Sequence record: MH816966
DNA from: Escherichia phage FEC19
Reading direction: 5' to 3' (one strand)
Length of the DNA stretch: 64,000 nucleotides
Positions 63,928-64,000 of the stretch are shown one piece after another. Under the pieces are notes generated by a model that saw nothing but the letters and a program-made list of their open reading frames with translations, was not told the DNA's origin and searched no databases. Position 1 is the first letter of the stretch, and the number at the start of each line of letters is the position of its first letter. A program made the position numbers and the translations under genes.

Positions 63928-64000
63928 GTACTCATATCGGGACGGGATGAGTTAACGAATAGGTCGTTAACGCCTCTCCCCAACTAGGAGTTTATTATGG

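Noticed and set aside
62203-64000. Prophage-host junction at the composition shift
   Set aside because: No integrase or attachment-site signature, and the CpG-rich side uses the same TTTACT-16-TATA(A/C)T promoter architecture as the rest of the phage, so it is more likely a phage module.

Overview
The window reads as about 64 kb of a lytic, contractile-tailed dsDNA phage genome with no integrase, tRNA, rRNA or CRISPR array detected. All calls rest on motif-level reading of the supplied ORF translations and manual inspection of intergenic DNA; no database search was run. Layout: (1) 28-10215, minus strand: about 25 small early genes plus a VirE/D5-like primase-helicase and a prim-pol-like primase. 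(2) 10376-28075, plus strand: replication and nucleotide-metabolism module (Dda-like helicase, DnaQ-like exonuclease, DnaE-like polymerase, VRR-NUC, SNF2 helicase, SSB-like protein, ATP-dependent DNA ligase, MazG-like protein, an embedded spanin pair) and an unusual enzyme cluster at 13.0-17.7 kb (FAD-Rossmann oxidoreductase, secreted protein, ThyX-like protein, HAD phosphatase fusion, SDR, VOC-fold protein). (3) 28101-56657, minus strand: GH19 endolysin, tail fibres, baseplate, tape measure with lytic transglycosylase domain, two tail-tube paralogs, sheath, head-tail connectors, major capsid, scaffold, minor head protein, portal and large terminase. (4) 56835-62147, plus strand: small membrane proteins and a third fibre with an S74 chaperone domain. 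(5) 62.2-64.0 kb: a repeat-rich noncoding region and a CpG-rich island of small genes. Promoters follow a recurrent sigma70-like TTTACT/TTGACT-N16/17-TATACT pattern. Most interesting: the 13-17.7 kb enzyme cluster (possible nucleotide or DNA modification pathway), a portal ORF with a C-terminal inorganic-pyrophosphatase-like domain, a 9-bp iteron array around an AT-rich core at 49.7-50.0 kb, and a thrice-repeated promoter/leader cassette with a covarying hairpin at the right end.
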